DNA of 29,474 nucleotides from Thermoproteota archaeon (GTDB taxonomy: Archaea; Korarchaeota; Korarchaeia; Korarchaeales; Korarchaeaceae): contig JAOZGP010000020.1 in NCBI GenBank assembly GCA_027491735.1, forward strand, positions 1-29,474, in the 5' to 3' direction. Made by a program: the position numbers and the translations under genes. Shown piece after piece: positions 28,273 through 29,474 of this stretch; position 1 is the first letter of the stretch, and each line of letters begins with the position of its first letter. The notes below the pieces were generated by a model. The model was given only the letters and a program-made list of their open reading frames with translations. It made no database searches and was not told the origin of the DNA.

Positions 28273-29315
28273 GGGAAGTCCTTGGAGATATAAGGTTTCT
28301 CTGGGCAGATAGCTTGGGAGCTAAATCCTTTTCTTTTGTCGTTGGAAATGTGGTTGTAGATCCAGGAGCCTCGGCTATGCATCCCAGCTATCCGCTTTCA
28401 GAGGATAAAAAGATGGGATTGAGGAGCAAGGCCATTGAGAAGATAGTGAGAGCTGTATCACATTCCAAGGCTGTGATAGTGACCCACTATCACTTTGATC
28501 ATTACCTCACGGAAGACAAAGCGGACCCGTCCGTCTACTTGGGGAGAAGGTTGATACTTAAAGATCCTAACAAGTACATAAATGAGAGCCAGCGTAGGAG
28601 GGCGAATCAACTCCTCACATCGATAGCAAGATCCGCTGGAATTGAATTGAAGGTTCAAAGTCCGTCGGAGAGCGAGTTCCCGGATCCTGTCTGCAGGTTT
28701 ATCGAGACAACCTCCAAAACTTTTGGAGGTCTCCCTAAGAGGAGGAAAGAGCTTTTGTTGAGGGGTAAGAGATGGTTCAGAGCTTTATCCAGGAAGTGGT
28801 CGTCTTGGCCATGGTTCTCGGAGATCCGCTCAGCTGATCTTATCGTTGAGTGGGGAGACAATCGGAGGTTCGATCTTGGAGGGGTGACCGTGAGGCTCTT
28901 CCCTCCATGGTTCCACGGAGCGGAGTACGATAGGACCGGATGGGTCATCCCGCTTGAGGTATCCTACAGAGGTAGGAAGGTCTTCTACACGAGTGATCTG
29001 ATGGGTCCGCTGATAGAGGACTACGCAATGAAGATATGTGATCTGAGGCCCGACATCCTCATAGCGGATGGGCCCCCCACATATCTATTCCCCTTTATAC
29101 TGAATAAGGTAAATCTAAGGAGAGCCGTGGACAACATGGTTCAAATACTCAGGGAAGCATCTCCGGATGTTGTTGTGTATGATCACCATCTCCTCAGGGA
29201 GAAGAAGTGGCGAATCAGGGTTTCCGAGGTCTTAAAGGCCGCCAAGCGAGAGGGGATACCTCTGATCACCGTTGCCGAGGCCTTAGGCAGCAAACCGGTG
29301 ATAGACTGTCTCTGA
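28269..29315 (+). CDS. UPF0282-type metallo-beta-lactamase-fold hydrolase
   Basis: IRFLWADSLGAKS, VDPG, THYHFDHY, NESQRRRA, FHG, TSD, DGPPTY and DHHLLR motifs; homology extends upstream of TTG 28314, so the start is uncertain. Confidence 0.85.
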   Translation: MREVLGDIRFLWADSLGAKSFSFVVGNVVVDPGASAMHPSYPLSEDKKMGLRSKAIEKIVRAVSHSKAVIVTHYHFDHYLTEDKADPSVYLGRRLILKDPNKYINESQRRRANQLLTSIARSAGIELKVQSPSESEFPDPVCRFIETTSKTFGGLPKRRKELLLRGKRWFRALSRKWSSWPWFSEIRSADLIVEWGDNRRFDLGGVTVRLFPPWFHGAEYDRTGWVIPLEVSYRGRKVFYTSDLMGPLIEDYAMKICDLRPDILIADGPPTYLFPFILNKVNLRRAVDNMVQILREASPDVVVYDHHLLREKKWRIRVSEVLKAAKREGIPLITVAEALGSKPVIDCL

Positions 29316-29332
29316 CAAGCAGCTGGACACCT

Positions 29333-29474
29333 TTAATCCATCATGGCCAGAAACCCACTGTGCCGCACATTCACCCCTACGGCTTCTGCGACATCGAAGA
29401 TCCTCACAAAGATAGATGATCCGATTGTGTATAAGCTCTGCTCCGGAGAGGGCTCGGAAGGCGGGTAGATGCCG
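29333..29474 (-). CDS. Possible 3' end of a convergent gene (partial, unidentified)
   Basis: Open frame GIYPPSEPSPEQSLYTIGSSIFVRIFDVAEAVGVNVRHSGFLAMMD* ends 17 nt after the MBL stop; another minus-strand frame is also open. Confidence 0.35.
   Translation of the reverse strand, partial: GIYPPSEPSPEQSLYTIGSSIFVRIFDVAEAVGVNVRHSGFLAMMD

Overview
Archaeal chromosomal segment. Archaeal BRE/TATA-like promoters, GGAGG/GGTGA ribosome-binding sites, an archaeal ATP-dependent DNA ligase, a PAC2 chaperone and AGG/AGA/ATA codon use suggest a thermophile, probably Thermoproteota/Korarchaeia-like; the lineage is an inference. The window holds the tail of one peptide ABC operon and a complete second one (oppA/dppA-BCDF). 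Housekeeping and metabolic genes follow: a PLP aminotransferase, IMPase/FBPase, PHP phosphoesterase, frameshifted DUF296, surE, DegT aminotransferase, pyrG, an RbgA-PAC2-Hsp20-lig-AmrS run, a DUF355 protein, a GGR-family reductase, a capC-capB (poly-gamma-glutamate-like) pair divergent from gdh, an OCD/mu-crystallin protein and a UPF0282 MBL hydrolase. Several features are absent from the ORF track. (i) A ~410-bp internally deleted IS607-family element fuses the tnpA start to the tnpB 3' end and may still make a guide RNA. (ii) A second, decayed IS607 remnant appears to supply the 3' end of capB from its antisense strand. (iii) A GC-rich, multibranched candidate ncRNA lies behind its own TATA box. 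(iv) A 58-74 bp block is nucleotide-identical in three ABC ATPase paralogues. (v) Two genes may start at CTG overlapping the upstream stop. All family calls come from motif recognition by eye; no database search was run.
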